A stretch of 64,000 nt of DNA from Candidatus Eiseniibacteriota bacterium (lineage in GTDB: Bacteria > Eisenbacteria > RBG-16-71-46 > SZUA-252). The translations under genes were made by a program, and so were the position numbers. This document shows positions 62,626 to 64,000 of this stretch, one piece after another; the stretch's first letter is position 1, and every line of letters starts with the position of its first letter. Where the stretch lies: NCBI GenBank assembly GCA_003235575.1, contig QJVW01000079.1, forward strand, positions 25,525-89,524. The letters run 5' to 3'. The notes under the pieces are model-generated. The model was not told the DNA's origin, searched no databases, and was given only the letters and a program-made list of their open reading frames with translations.

Positions 62626-63348
62626 ATGACGACGAGACAATGGATGGCCGGCGCCGCGGCGGTAGCGGTCCTCGCGATGCTCGGCGCGGGCACGGTATCG
62701 GCGCAGCCGCGGGACGATCGACCGGCAAAGAGCCGCGCGACCGATGATGCCCGCTTCAGTGATCAGGACATGGATTCGTGGGAATGCCCGTGCGGGTTCG
62801 AGCACGGCGCCGGCTTCGGTCCGGGACCGGGAGCGGGTTGGGGCGGGCCCGGCAGGTGGGGACGGGGAGGCCCGGGAATGCATCGCCGCGGATTCGGCGG
62901 GCCGGGGGCAGGGTTTGGCGGCCCCAGAGGGCCAGGGCGCGGTGGCTGGGGGCTCGGTTTCGGACCTGGCGCGGGGTTGCTGCGCGGGGGCGGTCGCATC
63001 GCGAAGGCGCTCGACCTCACGGACGCGCAGATCGAGAAGCTCCGGGACATTCGGGAGGACCATCACCGCACGATGATCAAGGCTCGGGCGGACATGGAAC
63101 TCGCGCGCATGGACCTGAGTCGCATGCTGGAGGACGATGAGACGACCGGGGCCAGCGTGGAGCGGCAGATCGATGCGATGGCACGGTTGCACGCGCAGCA
63201 GATGAAGTCGATGGCCGAGGCCCATCGCCTGGCGCGTGATGTCCTCACCGCGAAGCAGCGCGATCGGCTGAAGGAAATGCGCCGTTGGGGCGACGACGGG
63301 GAGGAGGGGAAGGGCGGGGATCGGCCCCGCCGCGGTTCGAAGCGATAG
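62626..63348 (+). CDS. Spy/CpxP (LTxxQ) family periplasmic protein with Gly/Pro-rich linker
   Basis: AAGGAG SD; signal peptide; LDLTDAQIEKL, VLTAKQRDRL. Confidence 0.8.
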   Translation: MTTRQWMAGAAAVAVLAMLGAGTVSAQPRDDRPAKSRATDDARFSDQDMDSWECPCGFEHGAGFGPGPGAGWGGPGRWGRGGPGMHRRGFGGPGAGFGGPRGPGRGGWGLGFGPGAGLLRGGGRIAKALDLTDAQIEKLRDIREDHHRTMIKARADMELARMDLSRMLEDDETTGASVERQIDAMARLHAQQMKSMAEAHRLARDVLTAKQRDRLKEMRRWGDDGEEGKGGDRPRRGSKR

Positions 63349-63541
63349 AACCGGTGCGTCGGGGGCCCTCCGCGGCCCCCGGCGCGCTGCCGATTCCGCA
63401 GCACTCCTCGTTCCGTGAAGAACCCACCCAGGCGCGCCGCATCTAGAATCGGTCGCGTCCTCGCCCGAATTCGTCTATTCTTCCCCCTCGCACACGACTG
63501 TCGACTTCCGGACCACGACCACCTACGAGGACCGCATCGCG

Positions 63542-64000
63542 ATGATTGGGAAGAAGTTACGCGCCTACGAAATCACCGAGGAGATCGGCTCCGGCGGCAT
63601 GGCCACGGTCTACCGCGCCTATCAGCCGAGCATGGATCGTCATGTAGCCATCAAGGTCATTCGCTCCTCCATCCTGCACGATCCGGGGCTCCGAGAACGA
63701 TTTCAACGCGAGGCGCGTCTCATCGCGCGTCTGGAGCACCCGCATCTCCTTCCTGTCTACGATTTCGATGGCGAGCACGATCCCCCCTACATCGTCATGC
63801 GCTACCTGGAAGGCGGAACGCTGAAGCAGGTGCAGCAGCGGGGCGGCGTGCCGCACGACGAGCTTCTCTACATCCTGCACCAGCTCTCCGGCGCTCTCGA
63901 CTACGCGCACCGCCAGGGGGTTGTCCACCGCGATCTCAAGCCCTCCAACGTGATGATCGACCGGGAGGGGAACGCGTTTCTCACCGACTTCGGCATCGCG
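63542..64000 (+). CDS. Ser/Thr protein kinase, N-terminal part (runs off window edge; not in ORF track)
   Basis: My translation: MIGKKLRAYEITEEIGSGGMATVYRA, VAIK, HRDLKPSNVMID, LTDFGIA. Confidence 0.9.
   Translation, partial: MIGKKLRAYEITEEIGSGGMATVYRAYQPSMDRHVAIKVIRSSILHDPGLRERFQREARLIARLEHPHLLPVYDFDGEHDPPYIVMRYLEGGTLKQVQQRGGVPHDELLYILHQLSGALDYAHRQGVVHRDLKPSNVMIDREGNAFLTDFGIA

Overview
This is a gene-dense, very GC-rich (roughly 70% by eye) segment from a diderm bacterium: it has a TonB-dependent receptor, an outer-membrane beta-barrel and several lipoproteins. The lineage cannot be fixed from sequence alone. In order, it contains: the 3' end of glgB with treZ-treY; aceK-icd; an NTF2-like lipoprotein and a Ser/Thr kinase-TPR protein; a TetR-led anaerobic benzoyl-CoA operon (had, oah, SDR, dch, four class I benzoyl-CoA reductase subunits, a small CxxC protein, a beta-barrel); a TPR protein, a Crp/Fnr regulator and a beta-propeller protein; and a ~10 kb respiratory operon. 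That operon has four multiheme cytochromes c (19+13+9+18 = 59 CxxCH motifs by manual count), two FdnI-type cytochrome b modules and a Rieske/cytochrome b pair. It is followed by ion and solute transport genes (MscS-like TM protein, APC-USP, K+ channel, CorA), a YHS protein, an AmpG-like MFS, a sigma54 two-component system, gdhA with an unusual receiver-dikinase, an OprC-like copper receptor preceded by a Cys-rich uORF, a DoxX-like protein, rlpA, a radical SAM gene, an OmpR/HK pair with two Spy/CpxP-like genes, and the start of another kinase. I saw no rRNA, tRNA, CRISPR array or mobile element. The strongest new-system candidates are: (1) a putative ribosome-arrest uORF ending in a non-canonical TGPP motif, whose last codons pair with the Shine-Dalgarno of the copper receptor; (2) a receiver-fused ATP-grasp/phospho-His dikinase lacking a PEP-binding domain, next to gdhA; (3) the 59-heme operon, whose cytochrome b has a His-to-Arg heme-ligand change; (4) the short-activase benzoyl-CoA reductase operon with two translationally coupled uncharacterised genes. 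All family calls come from motif recognition and memory; no database searches were run.
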